From the NCBI GenBank assembly GCA_013285585.1, contig JABDHH010000003.1, positions 8,786 to 72,785 of the forward strand: 64,000 nucleotides of DNA, written 5' to 3'. Below, one piece after another: positions 9,230-19,092 of the stretch. The notes under the pieces are model-generated. The model did no database searches and was not told where the DNA came from. It saw only the letters and a list, made by a program, of their open reading frames with translations. The position numbers and the translations under genes were made by a program. The DNA comes from Chlamydiota bacterium (lineage in GTDB: Bacteria > Chlamydiota > Chlamydiia > Chlamydiales > SM23-39). Position 1 is the first letter of the stretch; every line of letters begins with the position of its first letter.

Positions 9230-9673
9230 CTAGCGAACGGAGAGGGGGATTTCTTCGAGATGTTCATTTCTTAAAAAGTAGCGCGCATTGACCTCTTCGG
9301 GCTTTAGATAGGAGCGAAGAATGGCGTCGAACTCTTCAGCTGAGCAATTGTCGCCGCAAGTGAACAGATCGACAAAGCAGGCTCCGAATTCCGGATAGGT
9401 GTGGAGGCTCGCATGGCTTTCGGACAAAAGGTATACGACTGTCAGGCCGTCCGGAGGAAAAATATGGGCGCATCTGTCGAGTACGGTGGCTCCGGAAGAG
9501 ACGACTGCTCCGTCCATGGCTTCGAGCAATCGTTGCACATCGGAGATCGCCTTTGGATCGCAATGCAAATAACTTGCCACGAAATGCTTTCCACTAAACT
9601 GATGAACCTCGTCTCCTGAAAAAGAAGAGATCGAGATTGTGCAAATAACCGCTAACAAGAATTTCTTAAACAT
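9230..9673 (-). CDS. speD: pyruvoyl-dependent S-adenosylmethionine decarboxylase proenzyme family, with N-terminal signal-like extension
   Basis: GKH, F.PDGLTVVYLLSESHASLHTYPE and DLFTCG motifs. Confidence 0.88.
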   Translation of the reverse strand: MFKKFLLAVICTISISSFSGDEVHQFSGKHFVASYLHCDPKAISDVQRLLEAMDGAVVSSGATVLDRCAHIFPPDGLTVVYLLSESHASLHTYPEFGACFVDLFTCGDNCSAEEFDAILRSYLKPEEVNARYFLRNEHLEEIPLSVR

Positions 9674-9904
9674 AAAGCCAAAATCTCCAACGTCAAAAAT
9701 TATAGAAAAGCGAACGCATTATATACAAGAAGAGACTCGATAAAATTTTCGCCCGACCGAGTTTTGGTATTTTATCGCCTTTGGATCCAAAGGCTAGATG
9801 ATATAAGTATCTGAAATTTAGTGATTTGAATAACAAGGCCCGCAAGACGCTTGCCGCCCATTACCCGAGCGGAGAAAAAAACTTCCCTTTTCAGGGGCAA
9901 TTCT

Positions 9905-10543
9905 TCAAAAATCTCCGAGCGCGTGCATGGCAACGGAGATCAGGACCAGGGCGGAAAGGACCAGAAGCATAAGCCCCATCGCTTTCATGAAAAAGACTTG
10001 GTATCTCTGAAGATGCGGCAAAAAACGTCTGTGGGTCAGCATGATGGAGAGAAAAGAAAACCAGCCAAATGCTGTGGCCGGAACGAGAAGCCCGTAGCAG
10101 ACTTTACTCCATAAGGGAGTGGAGGAGTCGATGAACTCGGCAAAAAGGCTGAGAAGGAACAGGGACGCTTTCGGGTTGAGAAGATTCGTCAAAAAACCCT
10201 CTCTGAAGGGGTTGAGGCGCAAGGGACGGCCTTTTTCGTCTCCTGAGGAAGCGGCGCCGCTCGTTCGGAGCAGGCGGATGCCCAGGTAGGCCAAATAAAG
10301 CGCCCCGGCGATTTGAATGGATGAAAACAGCCACGGGGAATTTTGGAGGACGACGGCGATTCCGAGGAGGCAATAAGAGACATGGATGAAAAGAGCCGCC
10401 GCGATTCCTGCGGCAGCGCGAATCGCCGCGTAGCGGGATCCGGTCAACCCGTACCGCGTCACGATCGCAAAATCGGGACCCGGCATCATCGCTCCGAGCA
10501 GGTTCACGAAAATAAAAAAGGCAAATGGCACGAGTAGAGACAT
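9905..10543 (-). CDS. LysE/RhtB family exporter
   Basis: PGPDFAIV, GALYLAYLG and FREGFLTNLLNPKA motifs. Confidence 0.92.
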   Translation of the reverse strand: MSLLVPFAFFIFVNLLGAMMPGPDFAIVTRYGLTGSRYAAIRAAAGIAAALFIHVSYCLLGIAVVLQNSPWLFSSIQIAGALYLAYLGIRLLRTSGAASSGDEKGRPLRLNPFREGFLTNLLNPKASLFLLSLFAEFIDSSTPLWSKVCYGLLVPATAFGWFSFLSIMLTHRRFLPHLQRYQVFFMKAMGLMLLVLSALVLISVAMHALGDF

Positions 10544-10671
10544 GACGGCAGGAAAGATAACAGAACAACCAAAATTGCGATAGATTCAGTATTCTGATGC
10601 TAGACAAATATTGATGAGGGAAGTAATGTTCCGAATATGCAAAGAAATTTTTTGCTAAGGAGTGTAGACCC

Positions 10672-11019
10672 ATGAAAATTGATTTCAAAAAGATCGTCTG
10701 TTTCGGTTTGGTTGCCTCATTCGGCTGCCTTTCGGCTCAAGAGGAGCTAATCGACAGCAGCAAAGAAGTGGCGATGACGCAGCCGGAAGGCAAATGCCAT
10801 AAGTCCAATGATTGCGGAGAACTAATGCCGCTAGAATGCCAGCCCAGCAGAGACGGAGACGATTATGATGTATATACCGTCGGCGGATGCGAGCGCGAAG
10901 AAACGTCTGCTCCTTGCAAAAAAAGGTGCGTAAAGGAACGCAAAAGCAGAAAGAGCGATTGCGGGAATACTTGCAAGAGAAAAGGCGCAGCGAAAGAAGC
11001 GCAAGAATGCGAAGACTAA
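10672..11019 (+). CDS. hypothetical exported Cys-rich protein
   Basis: RBS aaggag; signal peptide ending CLSA; 11 Cys in 115 aa. Confidence 0.65.
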   Translation: MKIDFKKIVCFGLVASFGCLSAQEELIDSSKEVAMTQPEGKCHKSNDCGELMPLECQPSRDGDDYDVYTVGGCEREETSAPCKKRCVKERKSRKSDCGNTCKRKGAAKEAQECED

Positions 11020-11040
11020 TCGCTTCGCTTCTTGATCGAA

Positions 11041-11970
11041 TTATAACGGCGGCTTCTCTTTTGGATCCGGCGTTTGGAATGCCTCTTTGATGCTCTCGGG
11101 ATGCTTTTTTAGCACGTAAGTCAAAGTTCCTCCCACGATGATGAGGATCGTTCCGATGAGCGATCTCCATGTGGGAGGAATATCAAGGAACAGCTTACTG
11201 ATGATCCCTGCGTAAATCACCGTCACATATCCAAGCGGAGACAGATAAGATGCCGTGCCGTAGCGGTAAGCGATAGTGAGCAAGATTTGGGCGAATGCGG
11301 TGGCGATGCCGACGCCGATGGTTTGAGTCCATTCTATGGACGTCGGCGATACCCAATAAATCCAGGCGAAAGGGAACGTGCTCAGAGTGCCGAAGGCAAA
11401 ATAATAGAAAAGCGTCCGGCTCATCGGCTCTTTTGCCATATTCAAGACTCTGAGAGCGCAGAAAGCGACGCTCGATGCGATTCCAGCGAAAAGTCCGTAG
11501 ACGAAACCGAGTTGGAAAATCGCTTTCGTGGGATTCAAGATCACTGCGACGCCGATAAATCCGACGATGATCGACCACCAGACATGTCCTACGACTTTTT
11601 GTTTCATCCAAATCCACCAGATCAACGGGACGAAAAAGGGAGCCGTATAATTGAGGGTGGTGGCGTCGACCAAGTTTAGGGTGCGGATGGCTAAAAAGTA
11701 GAGGAAATAGCTCCCGATTCCGAATAGGTCCCGGATCAGGTGGTCGGCAAGTACGTCCGTCTTGAGGCGGCCGATCCCTTTTCGAAGGGCGATGGGAAGA
11801 ATGCAGATCAAAGATACGAAATTCTGGATAAAGAGAATCTGAACCGTAGGGAATCGAACGCCGAAATTCCAAACCAAGGTGCTCGCGGTTACGAAAAAGA
11901 TGTAGGCAATCAAGCAGATTATAATTCCTAGGAGCAGGCGAGGAGGGGTATATTCTTCCGAAGACATCAT
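11041..11970 (-). CDS. DMT/EamA family transporter
   Basis: About 10 TM segments; DATTLNYTAPFF, VGFIGVAVILNP and AYRYGTASYLSPLGY motifs. Confidence 0.9.
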   Translation of the reverse strand: MMSSEEYTPPRLLLGIIICLIAYIFFVTASTLVWNFGVRFPTVQILFIQNFVSLICILPIALRKGIGRLKTDVLADHLIRDLFGIGSYFLYFLAIRTLNLVDATTLNYTAPFFVPLIWWIWMKQKVVGHVWWSIIVGFIGVAVILNPTKAIFQLGFVYGLFAGIASSVAFCALRVLNMAKEPMSRTLFYYFAFGTLSTFPFAWIYWVSPTSIEWTQTIGVGIATAFAQILLTIAYRYGTASYLSPLGYVTVIYAGIISKLFLDIPPTWRSLIGTILIIVGGTLTYVLKKHPESIKEAFQTPDPKEKPPL

Positions 11971-12085
11971 CTGAAACTTACCCGATATTTTAATTATAGG
12001 TAAAGCCGACCGCCTTGCATAGTGGGTCTGGTCCTTGGTCTTCTGAGCTTTATGTTCGATTTGAAGAATGAGTGGACGAGGAGCT

Positions 12086-12844
12086 CTATCCCTTGAGGCC
12101 TGCGACCGTGGCGTTGCGGCCGGTTTTTTTGTCGACTCGGTAGGAGAAATAATCGCTTTTGTTGCAGACGGTGCATAAGTCGCTGATTTCGATGTTCTTT
12201 TCGGGGATGCCGCAGCCGTTTAGCTGCTTTTTGCTGATCGCCCAAAAATCGAAATAGTTCGGCTTCGTCTGGAAACTCCAAAGATCCTGCGGAATCTCGT
12301 GTTTGTAGTTCTTATATTCGGCATGGTCGGGACCGAGCGACGGAGAGATGCAGACAATTAGGTTATGGGCCTGCGTTCCGATTTCTTGGTGCATTGCAGA
12401 CACGACGCGGGCATAAATATTTTGCGCGGTTCCTTTCCATCCGCAATGAGCGACTGCGATCGCTTCATGGACAGGATCGTAGAAAATCGCTCCCTGACAG
12501 TCTCCATGACTGATCGCAAGCCCAAGATCTTTTTCAGATGTAAAGAGCGCGTCTGCAGCCGGAACTTTTTCGCAGTTCTTGGCTGTTACGCGATGGACGT
12601 TGGTTCCATGTGTTTGATGCGCAAAGACGATCTTAGGAAGACCGAGAGCTTTGCGGACCGCTTCTCGGTTCACTTTCACCGTATCGGGATGGTCTCCGAC
12701 TTCCGTTGATAGGTTCAGCGTTTCGAACGGAGCTTTGCTCGCGCCGCCATGACGGAGAAAAACGCCATGGATCACATGGGGAAATGGTTCAAGTAGATCG
12801 AATTCGAGCCATTCCAGTTTTCTCTTTTCAAATTCCATGCGCAC
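12086..12844 (-). CDS. pgeF: PgeF/YfiH laccase-domain protein
   Basis: R.GG.S..PF.TLNL, QTHG, DALFT, GDC, AHCGWKG and CT.C...YFSYR motifs. Confidence 0.9.
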   Translation of the reverse strand: MRMEFEKRKLEWLEFDLLEPFPHVIHGVFLRHGGASKAPFETLNLSTEVGDHPDTVKVNREAVRKALGLPKIVFAHQTHGTNVHRVTAKNCEKVPAADALFTSEKDLGLAISHGDCQGAIFYDPVHEAIAVAHCGWKGTAQNIYARVVSAMHQEIGTQAHNLIVCISPSLGPDHAEYKNYKHEIPQDLWSFQTKPNYFDFWAISKKQLNGCGIPEKNIEISDLCTVCNKSDYFSYRVDKKTGRNATVAGLKG

Positions 12845-12908
12845 CGCCTTTTTTCACATCTATCATTTTCTGATTTCTCATAAAAGCAATTTCTATTATT
12901 CTTTTTGC

Positions 12909-13442
12909 ATGCAAGTTGACAACCTTCGATTGGATGGATTGAAATTGATTGCGCCGCGCGTCTTTTATGATGAGCGTGGTTTTTTTTTCGAAAGCTACGC
13001 GTTTTCGAGATTTGCCGAGCATCAGATCGCTGTTCCTTTCGTGCAGGACAACATTTCTTATTCCAAGAAAGGAACCGTGCGGGCGCTCCACTTCCAGTCC
13101 CATCCAGGGCAGGCAAAACTCGTCTCTTGCATCCGGGGAACGATCTGGGATGTCGCCTTGGATATCCGCCCTGATTCTCCGACTTTTGGTGAGTGGGAAG
13201 CAGTCGTTTTGGATGATCAAGACCGGCGCCAGCTTTTTATCCCGGTTGGATTCGCCCATGGTTTTTGCGTTTTGAGCGACGATGCGCTCGTGCAATATAA
13301 AGTCTCTTCGCCTTACGATCCTCAAACCGAGCGGTCAGTGCGGTGGAACGATCCGGATCTCGCGATCCGTTGGCCCGTCGAAGATCCGATCCTAAGCACG
13401 AGAGATCGCGAGAATCCATTGTTTAAAGAGGTGTTTTCTTGA
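12909..13442 (+). CDS. rfbC: dTDP-4-dehydrorhamnose 3,5-epimerase
   Basis: DERGFFFESY, FVQDN.S.S.KGTVRALHFQ and FIPVGFAHGF motifs. Confidence 0.95.
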   Translation: MQVDNLRLDGLKLIAPRVFYDERGFFFESYAFSRFAEHQIAVPFVQDNISYSKKGTVRALHFQSHPGQAKLVSCIRGTIWDVALDIRPDSPTFGEWEAVVLDDQDRRQLFIPVGFAHGFCVLSDDALVQYKVSSPYDPQTERSVRWNDPDLAIRWPVEDPILSTRDRENPLFKEVFS

Positions 13443-13453
13443 CAAGGCAGGCT

Positions 13454-14305
13454 ATGAAACTCTGGGTTACGGGAGCCGATGGGCTCCTTGGTTCCGTTGT
13501 GCGCAAAGCTGCAGCGCTGGCAACGGGCCGTCGCGAGGCCGATATCGGCGATCTCGATGCCATCCGATCTTTTGCATCGCTAAATCCGGGTATCACCCAT
13601 ATCGTCAATTGCGCGGCTTTTTCTCTTGTCGACTTAGCGGAAACAAACCGCGATGAGGCTTTCCGTACCAATGCCTTGGGCCCGGAAAATCTCGGGATTC
13701 TCGCTGCCGAGATCGGAGCGAGGATCGTCCATATTTCAACCGACTATGTATTCCCGGGCACCTTGCACCGTCCCTTGAAAGAAGACGATCCGGTCGAGCC
13801 GTGCAGCCATTATGGGTTTACGAAACTGGAAGGAGAGCGGCGTCTGCTCAAAGTAAATCCGAAAGCCTGCATCATCCGCACATCGTGGATTTTCGGCCAA
13901 GGTGGAAAGAACTTTGTGGCAAAACTTCTTCAAATGCTTCAGAAACCAGAAGAGATCCGTTTAACCGACGATAATTGGAACCTCCCTACATACGCTCCGG
14001 ATCTTTCCGACGCAGTCCTCAGAATGCTCGAGGCTTCAGGCATTTACCATTTCGCTAATCGAGGCGCTGCGAACAAATACGAATTCGGGCTTGCGATGCG
14101 AGAAGAGGCGGAAGCGGCCGGATTTTCAATTGCCGCAAAACGGATCTTGGGAGTTCCTGCATCGACGTTCCCATCGCCCGCGGGCCGGCCTGTTTACTCT
14201 GTGTTCGACGTATCGAAAATCGAACGGGAGCTCGGCGTATCCATTCGTCCTTGGCGCGAGGGTCTTCGGGAATTTTTACAAGAAGCTTATGGAAAGATCT
14301 CTTAA
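13454..14305 (+). CDS. rfbD: dTDP-4-dehydrorhamnose reductase
   Basis: VTGADGLLG, NCAAFS.VD.AE, HISTDYVF and YG.TKL.GE motifs. Confidence 0.93.
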   Translation: MKLWVTGADGLLGSVVRKAAALATGRREADIGDLDAIRSFASLNPGITHIVNCAAFSLVDLAETNRDEAFRTNALGPENLGILAAEIGARIVHISTDYVFPGTLHRPLKEDDPVEPCSHYGFTKLEGERRLLKVNPKACIIRTSWIFGQGGKNFVAKLLQMLQKPEEIRLTDDNWNLPTYAPDLSDAVLRMLEASGIYHFANRGAANKYEFGLAMREEAEAAGFSIAAKRILGVPASTFPSPAGRPVYSVFDVSKIERELGVSIRPWREGLREFLQEAYGKIS

Positions 14306-15311
14306 GCGGCTGCTTGTCACAGGCGGAGCCGGTTTTGTCGGATCAGCGTTTATCCGCTATCTTTTGCGCTCTTCCCATTTTGAGGGGAGCATCATCAACC
14401 TCGATCTCTTAACCTATGCCGGCAAGCTCGAAAATCTGGATGGGTTCCATACCCATCCGCGCTATCGCTTTATCCAAGCCGACATCAACAACCGGATGCT
14501 GATCGAAAAAATCCTAGAAGAAGAAGAGATCGACGCTATCGTCCATTTCGCCGCGGAAACGCATGTCGATCGGAGCATTTTGTCGGCCCGCCCGTTTCTT
14601 GAAGCGAATGTGATGGGGACGCTCTCTCTTCTCGAAGCGGTTCGAAAATATTCCCATGTCCATTTCCATCATATCTCCACTGACGAGGTTTATGGCTCTC
14701 TTGGAGAAAGCGGATCTTTCAATGAGCATTCTCCTTATCGCCCTAATTCTCCCTACTCAGCATCCAAGGCCGCTTCCGACCATTTCGTCCGGGCGTTCGC
14801 GCAAACCTACCGCCTTTCGACTACTGTTTCTCATTGCAGCAATAATTATGGTCCCGGACAGTTTCCCGAAAAATTCATCCCCGTCATGATCCTTCACTGC
14901 CTTGGAGACAAACCACTGCCTGTATATGGCCGCGGGAGGAACATCAGGGATTGGCTTTATGTGGACGACCATGCCGAAGCGGTCTGGATGATTTTACAGA
15001 AAGGGAAAAAAGGGGAGTCCTATGACATTGGAGGAGGGGCGGAATTGTCCAACCTCGAACTTCTTTATCTCCTCATCGAGCTGTTGGCGAAAGAGACGGG
15101 ATGCGATCCAGAGCGATACCGCTCTCTCATCCGATTCGTGGAGGACCGACCGGGGCACGATCTTCGATACTCGATCGATGCCTCCAAGATCGGGCATGAG
15201 TTAGGGTGGAAACCTGAAACCGTGCTTCAAGACGGTCTTGCGCGAACGATCCGCTGGTATTTGAAGAAAATTGTCACTAGTGTTCGGCCACAAGGCGGCA
15301 AAATGGCTTAA
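14289..15311 (+). CDS. rfbB: dTDP-glucose 4,6-dehydratase
   Basis: VTGGAGFVGS, DLLTYAG, HFAAETHVDRSI, STDEVYG and PYSASKA motifs. Confidence 0.95.
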   Translation: MERSLKRLLVTGGAGFVGSAFIRYLLRSSHFEGSIINLDLLTYAGKLENLDGFHTHPRYRFIQADINNRMLIEKILEEEEIDAIVHFAAETHVDRSILSARPFLEANVMGTLSLLEAVRKYSHVHFHHISTDEVYGSLGESGSFNEHSPYRPNSPYSASKAASDHFVRAFAQTYRLSTTVSHCSNNYGPGQFPEKFIPVMILHCLGDKPLPVYGRGRNIRDWLYVDDHAEAVWMILQKGKKGESYDIGGGAELSNLELLYLLIELLAKETGCDPERYRSLIRFVEDRPGHDLRYSIDASKIGHELGWKPETVLQDGLARTIRWYLKKIVTSVRPQGGKMA

Positions 15312-15611
15312 TTATTCGATGGGAGGCTTGAAACCAAGCATTTCGATCAATTTGTCCGCAGCTTTCTGCACGTCCTCAGTCATCAGATGCCTTGCGTCGT
15401 AGTCGTATTGGAATTGGACTTGCTCCGCGAACATGAGGACGTGCTGCTGGATATCCTCGTCCATATAGACGGCCCGCGTTTTCAGGTCTTCGATCAATAG
15501 GTCCGCGGCAGACCTTTGGCCCGAATGGAGGCATTGAATGATCTGCCCGATATCTTTCGCCATCTCTATTTTCGATCGGATGGGGAGTTCTTGTGAAGAA
15601 TGTTTTGCCAT
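15312..15611 (-). CDS. hypothetical protein
   Basis: 99-aa helical ORF filling the gap; AT-rich upstream region. Confidence 0.65.
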   Translation of the reverse strand: MAKHSSQELPIRSKIEMAKDIGQIIQCLHSGQRSAADLLIEDLKTRAVYMDEDIQQHVLMFAEQVQFQYDYDARHLMTEDVQKAADKLIEMLGFKPPIE

Positions 15612-15690
15612 AACTAATTTAATTATATTCTAGTTTGTTTTTATTATATTAAAAAAATTTATGATTTTAACATATAATTACTTATAAAAA

Positions 15691-15719
15691 TTGACGCCAA
15701 GTCTGGAGGCAAGTATACT
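15691..15719 (+). promoter_or_regulatory. sigma66/70 promoter of the suf operon
   Basis: TTGACG-17bp-TATACT, 27 bp upstream of the sufB ATG. Confidence 0.7.
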
Positions 15720-15746
15720 CAAGCCCATTGAAGTTCTTCTAAATTT

Positions 15747-17186
15747 ATGGCGACACAAAGCGAACTCCTTGGCGCAACGGATTATAAGTATGGGTTTCGG
15801 ACGCCGATCGAATCGGACACGTTTCCGAAAGGATTGAGCGAAGAGACGATACGTGCTATTTCCGACAAAAAGAAGGAACCCCCGTTTCTTCTCTCTTTTC
15901 GCTTGAAGGCCTATAGAAAATGGCGGGAGATGGAAGAGCCTGTTTGGCCAAACATCAAATACCCCCCGATCAATTATCAGGAGATCTCCTATTATTCAGA
16001 GCCCAAGTCGAAACCCAGGCTCGACAGCTTAAGCGAGGTCGATCCTGAGATTTTGCGGACCTTCGAAAAGCTCGGGATTCCGCTCGATGAACAAAAGCGC
16101 CTGGCGAACGTCGCCATAGACGTTGTGTTCGATTCCGTTTCCCTCGGAACGACGTTTCAGAAAAAATTGCAAGATGCAGGGGTCGTCCTCTGCTCCATTT
16201 CCGAAGCGGCGCATAAATATCCGGAGCTTCTCGAACAGTATCTAGGCACTGTCGTGCCGGTTGGCGACAACTTCTTCGCTGCGCTGAATTCCGCCGTCTT
16301 TTCCGATGGTTCGTTCGTCTACGTTCCTAAGGGAGTCCGCTCTCCGATGGAATTGTCCACTTACTTTCGGATCAATGAAAAAGAGACGGGCCAGTTCGAA
16401 AGGACCCTGATCATCGCGGAAGAGGGATCTTACGTCAGCTATCTCGAGGGATGTACCGCCCCGGCTTTCGATACCAACCAGCTTCACGCAGCCGTCGTAG
16501 AGCTCGTCGCGAAAGAGCGGGCCGAGATCAAATATTCGACCGTCCAAAACTGGTATGCCGGCGATCCGAAAACAGGCAAAGGGGGAGTCTATAATTTCGT
16601 GACCAAACGGGGCCTTTGCGCTGGGGACCATGCGAAAATCTCTTGGACTCAGGTCGAGGCGGGCGCCGCGATTACCTGGAAGTATCCGAGCTGCATCTTG
16701 CGCGGGAATCATTCCGTTGGGGAATTTTACTCGATCGCATTGACGAACGGGATGATGCAAGCCGATACGGGCACGAAGATGATCCATGTCGGAAAAAACA
16801 CCCGCTCCACAATCATTTCGAAGGGGATTTCCGCCGACTCCGCCAGCAACAGCTATCGCGGGAAGGTTTGGATCGGTCCGCGCGCGGAGCGCGCCCGCAA
16901 TTATACCCAATGCGATTCGATGCTCGTCGGGAACCGATGCTCGGCCAATACGTTTCCTTACATCGAGGTGGCCAACAGTACCGCTGAAGTGGAGCACGAA
17001 GCTTCCACTTCCCGCATGAATGAAGAACAAATCTTTTACCTGCAATCGCGCGGGCTCTCCAAAGATGACGCGATCAATTTGATCGTCAATGGCTTTTGCA
17101 AAGAGGTCATCCGGGAGTTGCCGCTTGAATTTGCAGTCGAGGCGCAAAAGCTCCTCGCATTAAAATTGGAGAATTCCGTCGGATGA
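15747..17186 (+). CDS. sufB: Fe-S cluster assembly protein SufB
   Basis: [35 protein letters not shown] and TWKYPS motifs. Confidence 0.97.
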   Translation: MATQSELLGATDYKYGFRTPIESDTFPKGLSEETIRAISDKKKEPPFLLSFRLKAYRKWREMEEPVWPNIKYPPINYQEISYYSEPKSKPRLDSLSEVDPEILRTFEKLGIPLDEQKRLANVAIDVVFDSVSLGTTFQKKLQDAGVVLCSISEAAHKYPELLEQYLGTVVPVGDNFFAALNSAVFSDGSFVYVPKGVRSPMELSTYFRINEKETGQFERTLIIAEEGSYVSYLEGCTAPAFDTNQLHAAVVELVAKERAEIKYSTVQNWYAGDPKTGKGGVYNFVTKRGLCAGDHAKISWTQVEAGAAITWKYPSCILRGNHSVGEFYSIALTNGMMQADTGTKMIHVGKNTRSTIISKGISADSASNSYRGKVWIGPRAERARNYTQCDSMLVGNRCSANTFPYIEVANSTAEVEHEASTSRMNEEQIFYLQSRGLSKDDAINLIVNGFCKEVIRELPLEFAVEAQKLLALKLENSVG

Positions 17187-17923
17187 TCGAAATTGTAGAT
17201 TTACAAGTCAGCGTCGAAGGCAAAGCAATTCTCAAAGGATTGACCCTTAGCGTAGAAAGAGGAGAGATCCATGCTGTCATGGGGCCGAACGGCGCCGGGA
17301 AATCGACGCTGGCCCGCGTCTTGGCTGGACATCCTGCCTATGAAGTGACAGGCGGGGAGATTTGGTTCAAGAAGCAGAACTTGCTCGCGATGGCCCCGGA
17401 AGAAAGGGCTTGCCTCGGGCTTTTCATGGGCTTCCAATATCCGCTCGAGATCGCCGGTGTGTCCAACAAGCAGTTCCTCTCAGCAGCTTTGAACGCTCAG
17501 CGCAAAGCCAAGGGAATGGAGATCCTCTCCGAAGTCGATTTCGAAGCCCTCCTCGATACCAAAATGGCTGCTATGGAAATCCTACCTGAGTTTATGGATC
17601 GCAACTTGAACGAAGGCTTTTCCGGTGGAGAAAAAAAACGCAACGAGATCCTGCAGATGGCTCTTTTCGATCCCGACTTCGCCATCCTCGACGAGACCGA
17701 TTCGGGATTGGACATCGATGCGATGAGGATCGTCGCCCGCGGTGTCAATCAAATGCGCCGCTCCGATAATGCGCTTCTGCTCATCACTCATTATCAAAGG
17801 CTTCTCGATTTCATACGGCCTGATTTCGTCCATGTCCTCGCTCATGGGAAGATCGTCCGCAGCGGCGGTCCGGAGCTTGCCCTCGAACTTGAAGAGAAAG
17901 GCTACGCGCCGTGCAACAGTTAG
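17183..17923 (+). CDS. sufC: Fe-S cluster assembly ATPase SufC
   Basis: [25 protein letters not shown] and [11 protein letters not shown] motifs. Confidence 0.97.
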   Translation: MIEIVDLQVSVEGKAILKGLTLSVERGEIHAVMGPNGAGKSTLARVLAGHPAYEVTGGEIWFKKQNLLAMAPEERACLGLFMGFQYPLEIAGVSNKQFLSAALNAQRKAKGMEILSEVDFEALLDTKMAAMEILPEFMDRNLNEGFSGGEKKRNEILQMALFDPDFAILDETDSGLDIDAMRIVARGVNQMRRSDNALLLITHYQRLLDFIRPDFVHVLAHGKIVRSGGPELALELEEKGYAPCNS

Positions 17924-19092
17924 AAGGGTATTTTGAGACTCTGTTCGATCCGAAAGAGAGCCTCCAAACTTGGCGTCAAAAGGCTTGGAGCCGTTTTTTG
18001 GAATTGGGATGGCCGCGTCCTAAACAAGAGGCGTTCCAGTATCTTCCGCTCAAAGACCTCCACATTCCTCAGCCCGCTTTGCCTTCCCAGGCTGCCGGCC
18101 ATGCGGCGGCTCCCTATTCTCTTCTCTTCGCCGACGGCTTTTTTCAACATGCCAATCTCCCACAACCGCTCATTTGCCTGAAGTTAGACGCCGCGATGCT
18201 CGTTTACGGCGTTTTTCTCCAAAACCGGATCAGCCGTTCCTTAAAAGAAGAAACCGATCCAATCGCCGTGATGAACGGGGCATTTCAAGGAAAGGGCGCT
18301 TTTCTTTACGTACCTCCGGATACATGCATCGAGCAACCGATCGAGATCCATCATCATGCCACAACGCGCCAGATGGCTTCTCCCCGCCTTCAAATTTTTC
18401 TCGGAAAAGGGGCATCGGCTCGGATCGTCCAGCGAACCTCGAGCGTGGAGGACTTTTCTTTCTGCAATATCCATATCGATGCGAGTTTGGATGCAGGAGC
18501 TTCTCTTTTCTTTGGCGATTCGCAAAAATGGACGGCCTCTTCCACCTGCTTCGAATCTTTCCGCTGCACGTTGAAACGGGACAGCCGTCTTCATTTCCTC
18601 TCTGTTTCCCGCGGAGCAAAACTCGCCCGCACCTCGATCAAGGTTCAGCTCCTTGAAGAAAATTGCGAAGCGCTTTTGCAAGGTTTGAACGTGCTCGATC
18701 TCGATTTGCAAAAGCATACTCATGTTTTGGTCGAACACGTTGCTCCCTGTTGCCGCTCCCGACAGCACTTCAAGGGGATTCTCCGCGGTAAAAGCCGCTC
18801 CAGTTTCGAAGGGAAGATCCTCGTTCGCCCGGAAGCGCAAAAAACAGAAGCCTATCAACTCAATAACACGCTCCTCCTAAGTGATGAAGCGATGAGCTTT
18901 GCCAAGCCCAATCTTGAGATTTTCGCCGACGACGTCAAAGCGTCCCATGGGGCCACCGTTTGCCAATTGAATGAAGAAGAGCTTTTTTACTGTCGCTCGC
19001 GAGGGATCCCTCTGCCTCTCGCGCAAGAGACGCTCGCCGCCGGGTTTTGCAACGAAATCCTCAATGCCGTACCTCCGGGGATCTCTTTATGA
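17911..19092 (+). CDS. sufD: Fe-S cluster assembly protein SufD
   Basis: FEGKI.V...AQKT and KPNLEIFADDVKASHGATV motifs. Confidence 0.95.
   Translation: MQQLEGYFETLFDPKESLQTWRQKAWSRFLELGWPRPKQEAFQYLPLKDLHIPQPALPSQAAGHAAAPYSLLFADGFFQHANLPQPLICLKLDAAMLVYGVFLQNRISRSLKEETDPIAVMNGAFQGKGAFLYVPPDTCIEQPIEIHHHATTRQMASPRLQIFLGKGASARIVQRTSSVEDFSFCNIHIDASLDAGASLFFGDSQKWTASSTCFESFRCTLKRDSRLHFLSVSRGAKLARTSIKVQLLEENCEALLQGLNVLDLDLQKHTHVLVEHVAPCCRSRQHFKGILRGKSRSSFEGKILVRPEAQKTEAYQLNNTLLLSDEAMSFAKPNLEIFADDVKASHGATVCQLNEEELFYCRSRGIPLPLAQETLAAGFCNEILNAVPPGISL

Noticed and set aside
16242-17147. Long antisense ORFs over sufB, aroC, carB, PiT and similar genes
   Set aside because: Shadow frames of well-supported genes, with no recognisable motifs
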